DNA from: Candidatus Latescibacterota bacterium
Lineage (GTDB): Bacteria; Latescibacterota; UBA2968
DNA length: 64,000 nt
Assembly: GCA_965207885.1 (NCBI GenBank)
Contig: OZ242311.1
Location: 672,001 to 736,000 of the forward strand
Direction: 5' to 3'
Shown: in pieces, positions 1 to 12,400 of the stretch
How the letters are laid out: the number at the start of each line of letters is the position of its first letter
Position numbering within the stretch: the first letter of the stretch is position 1
Translations under genes and position numbers: made by a program
The notes under the pieces: generated by a model
Seen by the model: only the letters and a program-made list of their open reading frames with translations
Database searches by the model: none
What the model was told of the DNA's origin: nothing

Positions 1-28
1 CGCGCGAGCAGGCGACGAATCCCCATCG

Positions 29-59
29 CTTATGGCTGCGTTTGAAGCGCAGCCATAAG
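29..59. terminator. Stem-loop upstream of permease (possible terminator of preceding gene)
   Basis: CTTATGGCTGCG-tttgaag-CGCAGCCATAAG perfect 12-bp stem; no clear U-tract. Confidence 0.35.
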
Positions 60-595
60 TAGCTTTAACCGTTTTTGCACCACGCAATATTAGAGGATGT
101 AATCATGGCGGAAGTCAGGCAGGTAAATGAGGGTATTCGCTACGAACCAGAGGACAAATGTCCCCGGTCTGTAGCCATACTCTCTGCCGTTCAGATGGCA
201 TCGCCAAATATCGTCATGGTCGTGGTGTTTACGACTGTGGTCATTCGATCATCGGGCGAGACCGGGGCCTATTTGCCGTGGGCCGTGTTTATGGCCTTGA
301 TAACGTGCGGATTCACGTCAATTATTCAGGCTTTCCGTGGTCGAATTGGGACTGGACTTCTCATTTTGACGGGTTTCAATATCCCTTTTATTGCGATCTC
401 TACGCTTGCCTTAGAAAAAGGCGGACCGGGCTTGCTGGCGATTTTGACCGTTGTCTCGACGCTCATTCAGTTGGTGCTCACGATGTACCTTCCGCTGTTG
501 CGCCGAATATTTACGCGAACCGTCAGTGGCACAATTGTGATGTTGGTCGCAGCTACGGCAGCTCCCTTCCTGTTTAACGATGTTGTGAAATCGAC

Positions 596-1793
596 CATAG
601 TACACGACAAAAAATAAAAGACCTGTGAAAAAAGCTAAAAAGAGTTAGGTTTGAATGTCCCAAGACAAACCTTTCTCATCTTAACAAGGCACAGGTCTAT
701 GTCTCCTGAAACTATTGAACTTCAAACGATTATGCAAGGATATTTTCACTGGCATAAAGCCCGAATAACGTTTACCGCTGCGTTCATATTGTCGCTGATA
801 AAATTGCGTAGCGTCAATTTTATGAAACTGGCAAACGCACTCAATGGAACCGTCAAGCAGAAATCTAATTATCGTCGTATCCAACGCTTCTTTGCCCACT
901 TTGCCTTACCCTATGCGTGTGTGAGACAATTGATCTTGCACTTATTACCTATAAAGTCGGATTTTATAGTCTCAATAGATCGCACCAATTGGAAGTTGGG
1001 AAAATTCAATATCAACATCCTAACCGCAGGCATTATCTATGAAGGGGTCGCCTTTCCTATCTGTTGGCACTTGTTAAAAAAACGGGGCAATTCCAATAGT
1101 GATGAGCGTATCCATTTGATGCAAGAAATGCTCAACTGCATCTGCAAATCGCATATCCGCGTTGTCGTCGCAGACAGAGAATTTATTGGAAGAGAATGGT
1201 TTAGGTGGTTAGACACACAAAATATACCCTTTGTTATTCGCATCAAGGAAAACGCTCTTGTCTCATCAGGCGGTAGAGAGATCCCCATAAGAAAACGGTT
1301 TGAAAATCTTAATATCCATCAGCAGGTCAACTTGTGCAAACGCCACCGCGTTTATGACCTGCCTGTATATCTGTCTGCACTAAGATTGAAGGACCAATAC
1401 CTCATTCTTGCCAGCAACCAAAAAGGTCAAGCCGCATTGGATACCTATAAAAAACGATGGGGCATTGAAGTCCTTTTTGCCAATCTTAAAAGTCGAGGAT
1501 TTAATCTGGAAGAGACCCATCTTATACATCAAGACCGCATTGAGAAACTCATCGCGCTTTTGGCCATTGCCTGCATCTGGGCGCATATCATCGGCGAATG
1601 GATAGCAAAAACAAATCCTTTGACGATCAAAAATCACGGGCGGATGGAGAAAAGTCTCTTCCGATATGGGTTGGACTATTTGCAGTATGTCCTGCTCAAT
1701 ATAAACCAACAAACCCAACAGTTCCTCATATGCATTCGTTTACTGAGTAATCCGCCACTGTTTAAAACAATTTAAGTTTTGTCGTGTACCATG
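596..1793 (+). mobile_element. IS4-family insertion sequence, copy 1 (1198 bp)
   Basis: 17-bp terminal IRs CAT(A/G)GTACACGACAAAA; 9-bp target duplication GAAATCGAC at 587-595 and 1794-1802. Confidence 0.95.
651..1775 (+). CDS. IS4-family DDE transposase
   Basis: SIDRTNWK, VADREFIG and Y-x2-R-W-x-I-E (YKKRWGIEVLFANLK) signatures; start may be ATG at 699. Confidence 0.93.
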   Translation: MNVPRQTFLILTRHRSMSPETIELQTIMQGYFHWHKARITFTAAFILSLIKLRSVNFMKLANALNGTVKQKSNYRRIQRFFAHFALPYACVRQLILHLLPIKSDFIVSIDRTNWKLGKFNINILTAGIIYEGVAFPICWHLLKKRGNSNSDERIHLMQEMLNCICKSHIRVVVADREFIGREWFRWLDTQNIPFVIRIKENALVSSGGREIPIRKRFENLNIHQQVNLCKRHRVYDLPVYLSALRLKDQYLILASNQKGQAALDTYKKRWGIEVLFANLKSRGFNLEETHLIHQDRIEKLIALLAIACIWAHIIGEWIAKTNPLTIKNHGRMEKSLFRYGLDYLQYVLLNINQQTQQFLICIRLLSNPPLFKTI

Positions 1794-3081
1794 GAAATCG
1801 ACACAGGATTTGCCCGTTGATCGCGTTATCGCGACCCTGACAACATCTTTGCTTGTTGGGGTACTGATAATTTTGCGTGCGCCACAGATCTGGCGGCTGT
1901 GGATAGTCGGTATCACCATTTTGGCGGGTCTGATTGTCGCAGTGCCTTTGGGGTTGTACGATAACAGCGGTGTGGTCGAAGCTGCCTATATTGGTTTTCC
2001 CGTTCCCGTCTGGGAAGGTTTGGATTTGACCTTTGGCGTTGAATTTTGGGGGCTTCTGCCGGCTTTTATCTTTGTCGGTTTGGTGACTTTTGTGAAGGCT
2101 GTTGGGGATATTGGCGTGATCCAAAGAGCTTCGCACCGAGAGGTACAGGCACAGGATTTCAGAGTTGTTCAAGGCGGCCTCAATGCCTACTCCGTGGGCA
2201 ATTTGATCGTGGGCTTTCTGGGCATTCCCTCTGCCACGACGCCCTGGGCACTCACTGCAACGTATGTCTCTCTTACAGGCGTGGCTACGCGGATAGTGGG
2301 TGTGTACATGGGGTTGTTTATGATCGGGGTGGCATTTTTGCCCAAGTTGGGGGCTTTTCTCATTGCGATTCCGAGTCCGGTTCTGGCGGCTGTCTATATC
2401 ATCGTATTTGGCGGGCTTTTCGTGGAAGGGGCAAAGGTGGCGTTCGATGATAAGATTGATCATCGCAAGAGTATCGTCATCGCGGTATCGATAATGGTTG
2501 GGCTTTCTTCTGGGAGTATTGCTGGATTTTTTGACGGGTTTGTGCACGAGTTGCTCGATAGCGGGGTTACGGTGGGAAGCCTGACGGTTATTGGCATGAC
2601 GCTTTTGGTGGAGCTGACCGGTTCGCGGCGGAGAAAAATTCAAGTGCCGCTGGAGTTGTCTGCATTGCCCGCGATTGACGAGTTTCTCGTTGCGTTTGCC
2701 GAGAAATACGGTTGGACGGAGAGCGGGCAATACCGCCTGCGTTCGGTAGGGGAAGAGATGCTGGTGAGTCTTGTGACGCAGGATGAAAAGGAATCTTCCA
2801 GTACACCGCGGCAACTGATCATGGGTATTCGCATGGATGATGGGGTAGCAGAGGTTGAATTTCTGGCGGCTTCGGATGGCGAGAATATCGAAGACCAGAT
2901 CGCGTATTTGGGTGAGGATGCGTATGCCGAGGATGATCACGAGTTTTCGATCCGGCTTTTGCGGCATTACGCTTCATCGGTGCATCATCGGAAGTATGAG
3001 GGGATCGATGTTATTACGGCTCGGGTGGAGAATGCGATGTGAAGAACGGATAGACGAGGGTTTCACCCTCCTGTTTTGCGT

Positions 3082-4212
3082 TCATAAGGTGAGAAATTTC
3101 GGATAGGTCGTCAGGTTTTCGAGGCCGTCTTCGGTGACGACGGCGAGGTCTTCGATGCGCACGGCGCCCCGGCCCGGGTAATAGAGGCCCGGTTCGATGG
3201 TGACGATGTGCCCGGCGCAGAGGGTTTCCGGGGTTTTGCCGATGCGCGGGGGTTCGTGGATTTCAAGGCCCAGGCCGTGACCCGTGCCGTGAAAGAATCC
3301 CTGCATGCGGCCGTCTATGTTGCCGGTTTCGAAGTTGCGGTTTTCAAAGAGTTCTGTGAGTGCCCGATGGATGGCCTGGCCGTCTGCTTCTGCGCGGACG
3401 CTGTCGAGGACGAGGTTTTGTCCGGCGAGGACTGCGTCGTAGATGTTCTGGAGGTCGGCAGAGGGTTCGCCTTTGACGACGGTGCGGGTGAGGTCGGCGA
3501 AGTAGCCGGTGGTGTTCGAGCGGGGGAAGATGTCGATGATGATGGATTGGTGCGCGTGTAGTGGGCCGGTGCCTTCGTTGTGGGGGTCGCAGGCCTGGTC
3601 GCCACCGGCGACGATGGTGTGACCGGCTGTGTAGTCGCGTTCGAGGAGGAGAAATTTTATTTCGCGTTTGACGGTTTCCGATGTGAGGGGTTCGCCGTTG
3701 TGGTAGAGGAGGTCGCCGCGGATTTCAGAGTTGCGGATGAGGGTTATGGCGGCGTCCATTGCGGCTTCGGTGTGTTGTTGGGCTTCGCGGATGTATTCGA
3801 TTTCTTCGGGGGTTTTGATTTCCCGGTCGGGCCAGTACGCGCCTTCTGGAAATGCCACTGTGTATCCGCGTTCGCGCAAGTCGTCTGCCGTGGCTATGGC
3901 AAAGGCGCGGGGGACGTTCAGGTGGGTGATGTTTTTTTCCCGTAGTACTTCGTGTAGGGCATCGATTTGAGAGGGTTCTTCATCGGTGTCCTTTTTTTTT
4001 GCTTTTTCCTGGTATTCGGATAGGGAGAGTACATGATCGACCTGGGCCTGGGCGCGCGCGCGGTCGCGTTCCAGGTCGGACATGAGGAGGTGTTTTTTTG
4101 CGCCGATTTGAAAGAAGATGAAGGGGTCGGGCGCGAGAAAGCGCGTGGCGTAGTACATGTCGGCGTCGGTTTCGCTGGCGGCTATCATGAGCCGCGCGTC
4201 AGAGATGCTCAT
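3082..4212 (-). CDS. Xaa-Pro aminopeptidase/dipeptidase (M24B family)
   Basis: Metal-site motifs IIIDIF, ADLTRT, HGTGHGLGLEIHE, TIEPGLY, VRIED. Confidence 0.92.
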   Translation of the reverse strand: MSISDARLMIAASETDADMYYATRFLAPDPFIFFQIGAKKHLLMSDLERDRARAQAQVDHVLSLSEYQEKAKKKDTDEEPSQIDALHEVLREKNITHLNVPRAFAIATADDLRERGYTVAFPEGAYWPDREIKTPEEIEYIREAQQHTEAAMDAAITLIRNSEIRGDLLYHNGEPLTSETVKREIKFLLLERDYTAGHTIVAGGDQACDPHNEGTGPLHAHQSIIIDIFPRSNTTGYFADLTRTVVKGEPSADLQNIYDAVLAGQNLVLDSVRAEADGQAIHRALTELFENRNFETGNIDGRMQGFFHGTGHGLGLEIHEPPRIGKTPETLCAGHIVTIEPGLYYPGRGAVRIEDLAVVTEDGLENLTTYPKFLTL

Positions 4213-4248
4213 TATTTAGATCCTAAGAAGCTGTTTTAAAATTATGAG

Positions 4249-4278
4249 AAAGTAAAAAAAGCGTATTCATCTTGTCAA
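4249..4278 (-). promoter_or_regulatory. Putative sigma70 promoter for the M24 peptidase
   Basis: Minus strand TTGACA (4278-4273) N18 TACTTT (4254-4249). Confidence 0.45.
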
Positions 4279-4355
4279 ATGCTTTTGAAGTGCCTCAAGG
4301 CCCTCAAGAGCCTTATTATTGGGATGGGGATATATATCCTGGGATTTTCTAAAAT

Positions 4356-4790
4356 TTACAACAGTGCCCGCCCGATTGCCTTGTTCAAGCCCGTGTACCG
4401 TCTGTGATAGTATAGTCCCTTGCGGTGAGGAAGAATGTAGCTATCCGAGGAGAGAAAGACATTACGCTCTGTTGAATCAATAAATTGTGTTAAAATCTCC
4501 TCCTTCTTTTCTTTGGACAGAGAAGATGAATAAAGGCGATTGCTAAATAAAATTCCCTGAACACTGTATAACGTGACATCTGGACGGCGTTTTTCAATGT
4601 GTTGATAATAGCCCATTGACGTGGTTCCAAAATCGCCAAATACGAATAAAACCGCGCCTTCCGGTAAAGTATCCAATACCATGTCCGCGTATTGCTTTGC
4701 AAAGTCACTATTAGACCGATTATTGATTTTCCAGTCTTTATGCACCGACCACGCAACCATCGCCGCGCCAAGACCACATAAGACTTGCAT
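4356..4790 (-). pseudogene. Fragment resembling the C-terminal part of DUF2723/TMEM260-like membrane proteins
   Basis: DTLPEGAVLFVFGD...YYQHIEKRRPDVTL motif; lacks the multi-TM N-terminal part; no HUH motif of TnpA. Confidence 0.5.
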
Positions 4791-4819
4791 AAATTACTGT
4801 TTTTGTGTATATTTACATT

Positions 4820-5926
4820 ATGGAATACTTAACATACAAATACAAAATGTATAGTCTCTGTGATCGCAATATGTATATCCATAGGGATATAGATTCTTTT
4901 GCTGAGGTGTATAATCATTTCATTGCCTTGCACAAGCGATACTATCGACGTTTTGGCAAGTATCCCAGTAAGTTCACAATGATTAACCATTTGGCAAAGC
5001 TGAAAAGAACAACACGCTTTGCACATTGGCGTTTGTTGCCGTCACAGGCATTGCAAAATGTGATTGAGCGCATAGACTTTGGCTATCAGAAATTTTTTGC
5101 CAGAGATAATAAGCGTCCGCCTACTTTCAGGTCTCGCTTTCGGTATCAGTCCTATACGCTGAAGCAAGCAGGATACAAATTCCTTGAGCGTAACAAGGTG
5201 CGTATTGGCAAGCGTATATTCAGATACCATAAGAGCAGAAAGTTCGATGTAGAGCGTATCAAGATGGTCACAATCAAACGTGACCGCGTAGGCGATTTGT
5301 GGCTATGTGTTGTTGCAAAGGCTGAGAGAATCAAGTCATTCATTATCAAGAACGGTAAAACCGCAGGTTTTGACTTTGGCTTGCAAACATATCTAACAGC
5401 CTCAGACAGCACAAGGACACAATCGCCATTGTTCTTCAATCGTAATTCGAGGAAAGTCAAAAAGGCTAATCGCAATCTTTCTCGTAAGAAGAAAGGTAGC
5501 AACAATCGTCACAGGGCAAGAGTAAATCATGCCAGAGTGCATAGGCGCGTTGCTAATCAGCGCAGAGACTATCATTGGCGACTTGCCTATCAACTGTGTA
5601 AAGACTATGACGTTATGTTCTTTGAGACTTTGAACATTGACGCCATGAAACAGTTGTGGGGACGAAAGATTAGCGATTTGGGCTTCTCAGACTTCTTGAA
5701 CATACTCAAGTATCTGGCAAAAAAGACTGGCAAAGTTGTCAAACAAATTGACCAATGGCTGCCCACGTCAAAGACATGCTCTGCTTGTGGCACAGTCAAA
5801 GAGGACCTCGAATTGCGAGAGAGAACATTCCATTGTTGCGCGTGTGGTCTTGAGATAGACAGAGACCTCAACGCGGCGATAAACATTCACAGGTGGGGGC
5901 GTCCACCTCTGGCGGAGGTAGCGTAA
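4820..5926 (+). CDS. tnpB: RNA-guided endonuclease TnpB
   Basis: N-terminal TYKYKMY; RuvC-I GFDFG; RuvC-II FETL; Zn finger CSACG...CCACG; RuvC-III DRDLNAA. Confidence 0.95.
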   Translation: MEYLTYKYKMYSLCDRNMYIHRDIDSFAEVYNHFIALHKRYYRRFGKYPSKFTMINHLAKLKRTTRFAHWRLLPSQALQNVIERIDFGYQKFFARDNKRPPTFRSRFRYQSYTLKQAGYKFLERNKVRIGKRIFRYHKSRKFDVERIKMVTIKRDRVGDLWLCVVAKAERIKSFIIKNGKTAGFDFGLQTYLTASDSTRTQSPLFFNRNSRKVKKANRNLSRKKKGSNNRHRARVNHARVHRRVANQRRDYHWRLAYQLCKDYDVMFFETLNIDAMKQLWGRKISDLGFSDFLNILKYLAKKTGKVVKQIDQWLPTSKTCSACGTVKEDLELRERTFHCCACGLEIDRDLNAAINIHRWGRPPLAEVA

Positions 5927-6028
5927 GACTTGCCGACCTTCGGGCAAGCAAGCAACTACTGTTGATCCCACAATCCCTGCTGAAGCAACAAGATTCTATA
6001 ATCCCAATGCTTTAGATTTGGGAGTACG

Positions 6029-6050
<22 letters not shown>
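5880..6050 (+). ncRNA. Putative TnpB omegaRNA/reRNA (scaffold plus flanking guide)
   Basis: Hairpins overlapping tnpB 3' end and right end (CTTGCC-gaccttcg-GGCAAG; TCCCAA...TTGGGA); guide would be the flank ATTTTGAGGGACAGG...; limits inferred from family knowledge. Confidence 0.5.
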
Positions 6051-7501
<1,451 letters not shown>

Positions 7502-7538
7502 AGCGGGTACTCCTTTTGGGAATTAAGTGATTTTGATT

Positions 7539-7597
7539 GTCATTGCGGCATGTCCCCTGCTTAAGGCATGCAGGGGCATGCGTTAGCCGCAATCCAG
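7539..7597 (+). repeat. CGTC-type palindrome (family A) with a second hairpin nested in its loop
   Basis: GTCATTGCGGC-[atgtcccctgcttaaggcatgcaggggcatg]-cgttAGCCGCAATCCAG. Confidence 0.85.
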
Positions 7598-7693
7598 ATT
7601 TTTTACCACTTATAAGTTATGCAATTTCTATTTTCGACGATTAGACCCACGACCCCGTCCGATGGTTCCGAAAATCGGAGGCAAACCCCCAGA

Positions 7694-7761
7694 CTGGACC
7701 CCGTATAGAATCACTACGGGGTGACGATTGTCATCGCGGCATGCTTAAAGCCGCGATCCAG
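7694..7761. repeat. Divergent pair of palindromes: family C (minus, 7694-7726) and family A (plus, 7730-7761)
   Basis: Reverse complement CGTCA-CCCCGTA...TACGGGG-TCCAG next to GTCATCGCGGC...AGCCGCGATCCAG. Confidence 0.8.
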
Positions 7762-7781
7762 AAGGTTTTCTTGACTACTTT

Positions 7782-9284
7782 CTACAAATCGTATTGATCA
7801 ATCTTCCTGTACAGCGTGCGTACGGCCATGCCGAGTAGTTTTGCCGTGCGTTCTCGGTGGCCTCCGGTTACGCGCAGGGCATTGGCGATGGCTTCGCGTT
7901 CGAGTTCTCGCAAGGGGCGTATGTCCTTTTCGGTGAGTTCTTCGAGTTCCGCTTCTGTGTATCCAATTTCCGTTTCTTCTATGGGTGCGTCATAGATGGG
8001 GACGGGTATAGATGGCGGGGGCGATGTTTGCATGCTTTGCATCAAATAGGCTTTGAGTTCTTTGATGTCTTTGGCGACTTCGAGTATGGCCCAATAGAGC
8101 AGGTCGCGATCGGATTCTGCAGGTGTTTTGCCTGCGAGGACGGGGAGATAAGAGGGTTCTGTCACCGGGGATGTTTGGAGATATTGCGCGAGGTCCAGGG
8201 CAGATATGTGTCGGGTTTTGGATAGGACCATGAGGCGTTCGATGAGGTTGATGAGTTCCCGGACATTGCCCGGCCAGTGGTACTGTTGTAGCGCGTTCAT
8301 CGCGTCGGGTGCGAATTCTATGGGGGGCATGCGCAGTTCGGCGCTTTGTTTTTGGATGATGTTTTGCGCGATGAGGGGGATGTCATTGGGATGGGTGCGC
8401 AGGGGGGGCATGTCGATTTCTATGACGCGAAGGCGCTGGTAGAGGTCTTGCCGAAATTTGCCTTCGGCAACGGCTTGTTGCAGGTTGCGATTGGTGGCGG
8501 CTATGACGCGGACGTCAACGGCTATTGGGGCGGTGCTGCCCAGGCGGGTGACTTCTTTGGCGTCGAGGACGCGCAATAAGCGCACCTGTGCAGAGAGCGA
8601 CATTTCGCCGATTTCATCGAGGAAGACGGTGCCGCGGTTGGCGGCTTCAAAGATGCCGGACCGCTGCGCGCGCGCGTCGGTAAATGCGCCTTTTTCGTGG
8701 CCGAAGAGTTCGCTTTCGAGAAGGGTTTCGGGTATTGCGCCGCAGTTGATGATGAGAAATGGTTCGTCGCTGCGCGCGCTTTGCCGGTGGATGGCTTCGG
8801 CGATGAGGTTTTTTCCGGAGCCGCTTTCTCCTGTGATGAGTACGCTGACGGGGGTGGGCGCGATTTGTGCCACGCTTTCCCGGATTTGTTGCATGGCGTC
8901 CGAGCGGCCGAGGATGGCGGTGTCGGGCCGGGTGCGCTTTTGCGTCAGGGCGTCCTGCAATTCTGCGGGGATGAGTGGATAGGAGAGCAGGGCATCGGGG
9001 TCTAAGGTTGTTTGGAGTTGCGTGCCGTCTTGCGTGGTGATGACGAAGACGGGGATTTTTTCAGGTCGGTCGGATAATATGTCGGCGAGTTGCACTTCGG
9101 GCAATGTGGTTTCGTCCAGGATGAGCAGGTCAAACTGGTTTTCTGAGAGCAGTTTTCTGGCGGGTCTCACGCTGTTGGTCACAAGGGTTTGCCAGCCGAG
9201 TTCTTCGAGTGCAGCGCGCAGGTCCCGGCCCAGTGCAGTGGGCTGATCGACGATGATGAGGGCTTCTTTTTGGTCGGTGGGCAT
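7782..9284 (-). CDS. Sigma54-dependent transcriptional activator (degenerate receiver, AAA+, Fis HTH)
   Basis: GESGSGK, ESELFGHEKGAFTDA, FLDEIGE, WPGNVREL, C-terminal HTH; start moved to ATG 9284 because the longer ORF runs through repeat DNA. Confidence 0.9.
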   Translation of the reverse strand: MPTDQKEALIIVDQPTALGRDLRAALEELGWQTLVTNSVRPARKLLSENQFDLLILDETTLPEVQLADILSDRPEKIPVFVITTQDGTQLQTTLDPDALLSYPLIPAELQDALTQKRTRPDTAILGRSDAMQQIRESVAQIAPTPVSVLITGESGSGKNLIAEAIHRQSARSDEPFLIINCGAIPETLLESELFGHEKGAFTDARAQRSGIFEAANRGTVFLDEIGEMSLSAQVRLLRVLDAKEVTRLGSTAPIAVDVRVIAATNRNLQQAVAEGKFRQDLYQRLRVIEIDMPPLRTHPNDIPLIAQNIIQKQSAELRMPPIEFAPDAMNALQQYHWPGNVRELINLIERLMVLSKTRHISALDLAQYLQTSPVTEPSYLPVLAGKTPAESDRDLLYWAILEVAKDIKELKAYLMQSMQTSPPPSIPVPIYDAPIEETEIGYTEAELEELTEKDIRPLRELEREAIANALRVTGGHRERTAKLLGMAVRTLYRKIDQYDL

Positions 9285-9312
9285 GGTTATAATATGGTCA
9301 GTGATTTTGCTT

Positions 9313-9445
9313 GTCATCGCGGCATGGTTTAAGCCGCGATCCAGAGGTTTTGCCTTTGATTCTGGTTTTTGCCCCCTGCTCAAAACCATGCAGGGGCAGG
9401 CTTTTATCCCGTTCATCCTTTCATCTTGTAAATCCTGATTCTGAC
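9313..9445 (+). repeat. Family A palindrome (9313-9344), family B hairpin (about 9372-9400) and ATCCTG-rich motif
   Basis: GTCATCGCGGC...AGCCGCGATCCAG; CCCCTGC...GCAGGGGCAGG; CATCCTTTCATCTTGTAAATCCTGATTCTGA also at about 41631-41662. Confidence 0.75.
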
Positions 9446-12400
9446 TGTGTTTTTATTTGTTGAATGCGTTTCTCTGCCTCAATGCCGTAGATACTGGCTA
9501 CGCCGTGGCTGCGTTTGATGGCTTCGAGTTCTTGTATGGCTTGTGCGATGTTGTTCTGTGCGGCATAGCAGTCCGCTATTTTCATTTGTGCAGATGCGAT
9601 CCACATCGGTCCCGCGTTCTGATTGTAGCGCAGGATTAAAAATTCTCGGAGTGCGTTGTCATAGTCGGCCAGTTCAAAATAATTTTCTGCGATGGAATAC
9701 TGGACGCTGGCTTTTTCGCCTTCCACGGTTACGAGTTTGAGCAGGGGGCGAAGTTCTGCAATGGCTCGTTCGTGGTCGCCTTTGTTGGGCAGGTAAATGG
9801 TGCCGATGTCGATGCGGGCGCTTAGGGCAAGGCGGTCCTGGGGAAATTCTCGGATGAGTTGGCGCGCAAAGTTGATGGCGAGGTCGTAAGCGTTGAGGTT
9901 GCTGTAGTTTTTTGCGAGTTTGTGGAGGATGCCGGGTTTTTCGGATTTGGCGACGCCTTTTTCTATGGCGTTGCGATATGCGCGTGCAGACAGGTTGTAT
10001 TCTTCGTTGCGTTCCCAAAATGCGGCGAGTTCGAGGTTGGCATCTACCCAGTGCGGGCTGTCGGGATAATTTTTTATGAATGTGCCCAGTGCGTTGAGAT
10101 AGGGTTCGTTGTTGCCGTCTTTGTCGGGTCCTTCGTCGCGATAGGCGCGGATGATGTAATAGCGCGCGTCGGCTTCTGCTTCGGTTCTGGCGTATTTTTT
10201 CGAGATGTCTTGAAAGATTTGTCGCGCTTTTTTGGGGTTTTTGACGGCGAGTTGATATTTGCCTTTTTCCACTTCAAAGCGGGCGACCCATTCGGTTGCT
10301 GTTTTATAGGTTTTTTTGAATTGGCCCGCGGCTTTGTTGGCTTCGCTGATGCGCCGGAGGCGGTAGAGGCTCAAGACTTCGCGGGCGGCCATGGTTTCGT
10401 TGCGCGCAGGTTCTGGTATGCGCTGGTACGCGGCGATGGCCTGGGCGTATTTTTCCGTTTGAAAGAGGAGATCGCCCACGGATTGGTCCGCCTGTGTGCC
10501 GAGCGGGCTGTCGGGATATTTTTTGGAGAATTCGCGGAAGGCGGTGAGGGCTTCTGATGTGCGGTTGAGATGTGTCAGGTGTTCGGCGCGCGTGTAGGCG
10601 ATGCTGTCGGCGTCGGGTGCTTGTGGATATTTTCGGAGGTACATGTTATAGGTTGTGATGGCTTTGTCGCGCTGGTTGTTCTGAGCATAGGATTCGGCGA
10701 GGCGGCGCAATAATTGGGGGGTGGTGTTGTGGGTGATCAATCGTTCGTCTATTTCTATGGCGCGTTGATAGTTGCCCAGGCGGTGGTGGCTTTCTGATAG
10801 GAGCGAGCGGGCAGATCGCTGGAGTGCGAGTGAGGGAGATGCGGACAGGAGTTCGGAGAATGCTTCGGCGGCGCTGGCGTAAAATTCCCGGTCGAGGAGT
10901 ATGCGCCCCAGTTGAAATTGCGCGTGGGATGACAGGTCGCTCTGGGGATAGTTGAAGAGAAAGTTTTTCAGGGTTTCTTCGGCGCGCGCGTGTTGTTGTT
11001 GCTGCGCCTGACACAAGCCAATGCCATATGTGGCTTTTTCACTGTGTGTGGGATTGCTGGCGTTTTTTTGTACCTGGAGGTACAGGCTCAGGGCGCTGTC
11101 GATGTGGGTGTTGGAAAAGTGGGCGTCGGCGATTCGCAGGAGCAGGGCGGGGCTGTTGGCATGTGTTTTGCGATATGCGCGATATGCGCTCAGGCGCGTT
11201 TGTGCGCGGAGGGTGTCGGGTTGTATGTGGGCTGTTTCTGTGTGTATGACTGCGAGCGCGGCGTCTTTTGTGTGGTCGTTGTCGGGGAATTTTTGGATGA
11301 GTATTTTGAGTGTTGTGAGGCCCTTGTTTTGCCATTCGTCTGGGGATTTGTTTTCAAGGGTGGCTCTGCGCGCCTGTTTTAGATAGCTGTTGCCGAGGAG
11401 ATAATAGGCTTCAGATGCCCAGGAGGGTGCGTTGCCAAATGCCGATTCATTGGGTATGGGTGTGTCGTCATCAGGTGATGTATCATTATTAGATGTGTCG
11501 TCCGATGTGTCGCTGGGTCCTTCGGCGGGTATGTCTTCAGATGTGCCGTCCCGCATGTCTCCCTGTGTCTGCCCATCAGATAATGCGAGTGCGGCTTCGG
11601 CTGCGCGTGCGGCTTCGGCCGCAAGGGCGAGTGTGTCGTCCGATGTGGTTGCGGGTGTGTTTTCGGGTGTTTTGTCTGTTTCTTCGACGAGTATGTGTTC
11701 ATAGGCTGAGGGGGGTATCCCCCGGGCTGTTAGCGCGGTTTCGAGGTGGGTGATTGCGCGGTTGTAGTGTTTTTGGTTGTAGAAGGTTTTGCCGAGTTTT
11801 AGTTGCGTGTGTGCGTCGTCGGCGATGCCGGGGAGGGTGGCTATCAGTTCGACCCAGATGCGGTCGCGGTCGGTTGTGGTGCCAAATTCCGTGAGGATCT
11901 GGATGCGCGTTTCCGCTGTTTCGGCGCGCGAGGCGTCGCCGTGATTTTTGATGTAGATGCGGTATTCTCGCAGTGCGCGTGCGGTTTCTCCGGTTTTTTC
12001 AAATACGCGGGCAAGGCCGTATTGACCTTCGGCGGCGTAGTGCGCGATTGGGCTGTTGATCAGGGTGCGATAATTTTCGGCTGCGAGGTCGTGCCAGTGC
12101 AGGTCTTCGCAGATTTGCGCGATGAGCAGTCGTGCTCTGGCTTTTTCGATAGGGGATTGTATGCGGGTCAGGTATGTTTGATAGGCCGATAATGCCTTTT
12201 GGTGCGTTCCAAGGGCGCGCCATAAGTTTCCGATGTCGCCGTATGCCTGGATGCTGATGTCCGTGTCTGGATATTTTTCCTGAAGACTTTTGAATGCGTC
12301 CAGGGCATTGCGATAATTTTTCAGGTCTGCAAATGTGCGGCCATAGCCTATCAGGGCATGGGCGTGGAAAGGGCTTTTGGGGTAGGTTCTTAGAAATGCG

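Larger units (their letters stand above)
105..3042 (+). pseudogene. Xanthine/uracil (NCS2/SLC23) permease with C-terminal RsbW/HATPase_c-like domain, interrupted by IS4 element
   Basis: N-part 105..595 (IRYEPEDK, multiple TM helices) and C-part 1803..3042 (AFLPKLGAFLIAIPSPV) rejoin in frame (DVVKST-QDLPVDR) when the IS and one TSD copy are removed. Confidence 0.85.

Noticed and set aside
1762-2967. Long antisense ORFs (also 25830..26939, 29798..30955, 53786..54841, 57495..58619, 58979..59905)
   Set aside because: Shadows of well-supported genes; no recognisable motifs.
4356-4790. tnpA (Y1 transposase)
   Set aside because: No HUH or catalytic Tyr motif; resembles a membrane-protein fragment.
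9285-9416. N-terminal extension of the sigma54 activator (similarly 13354-13389 and 61395-61460)
   Set aside because: Extensions read through intergenic repeats.
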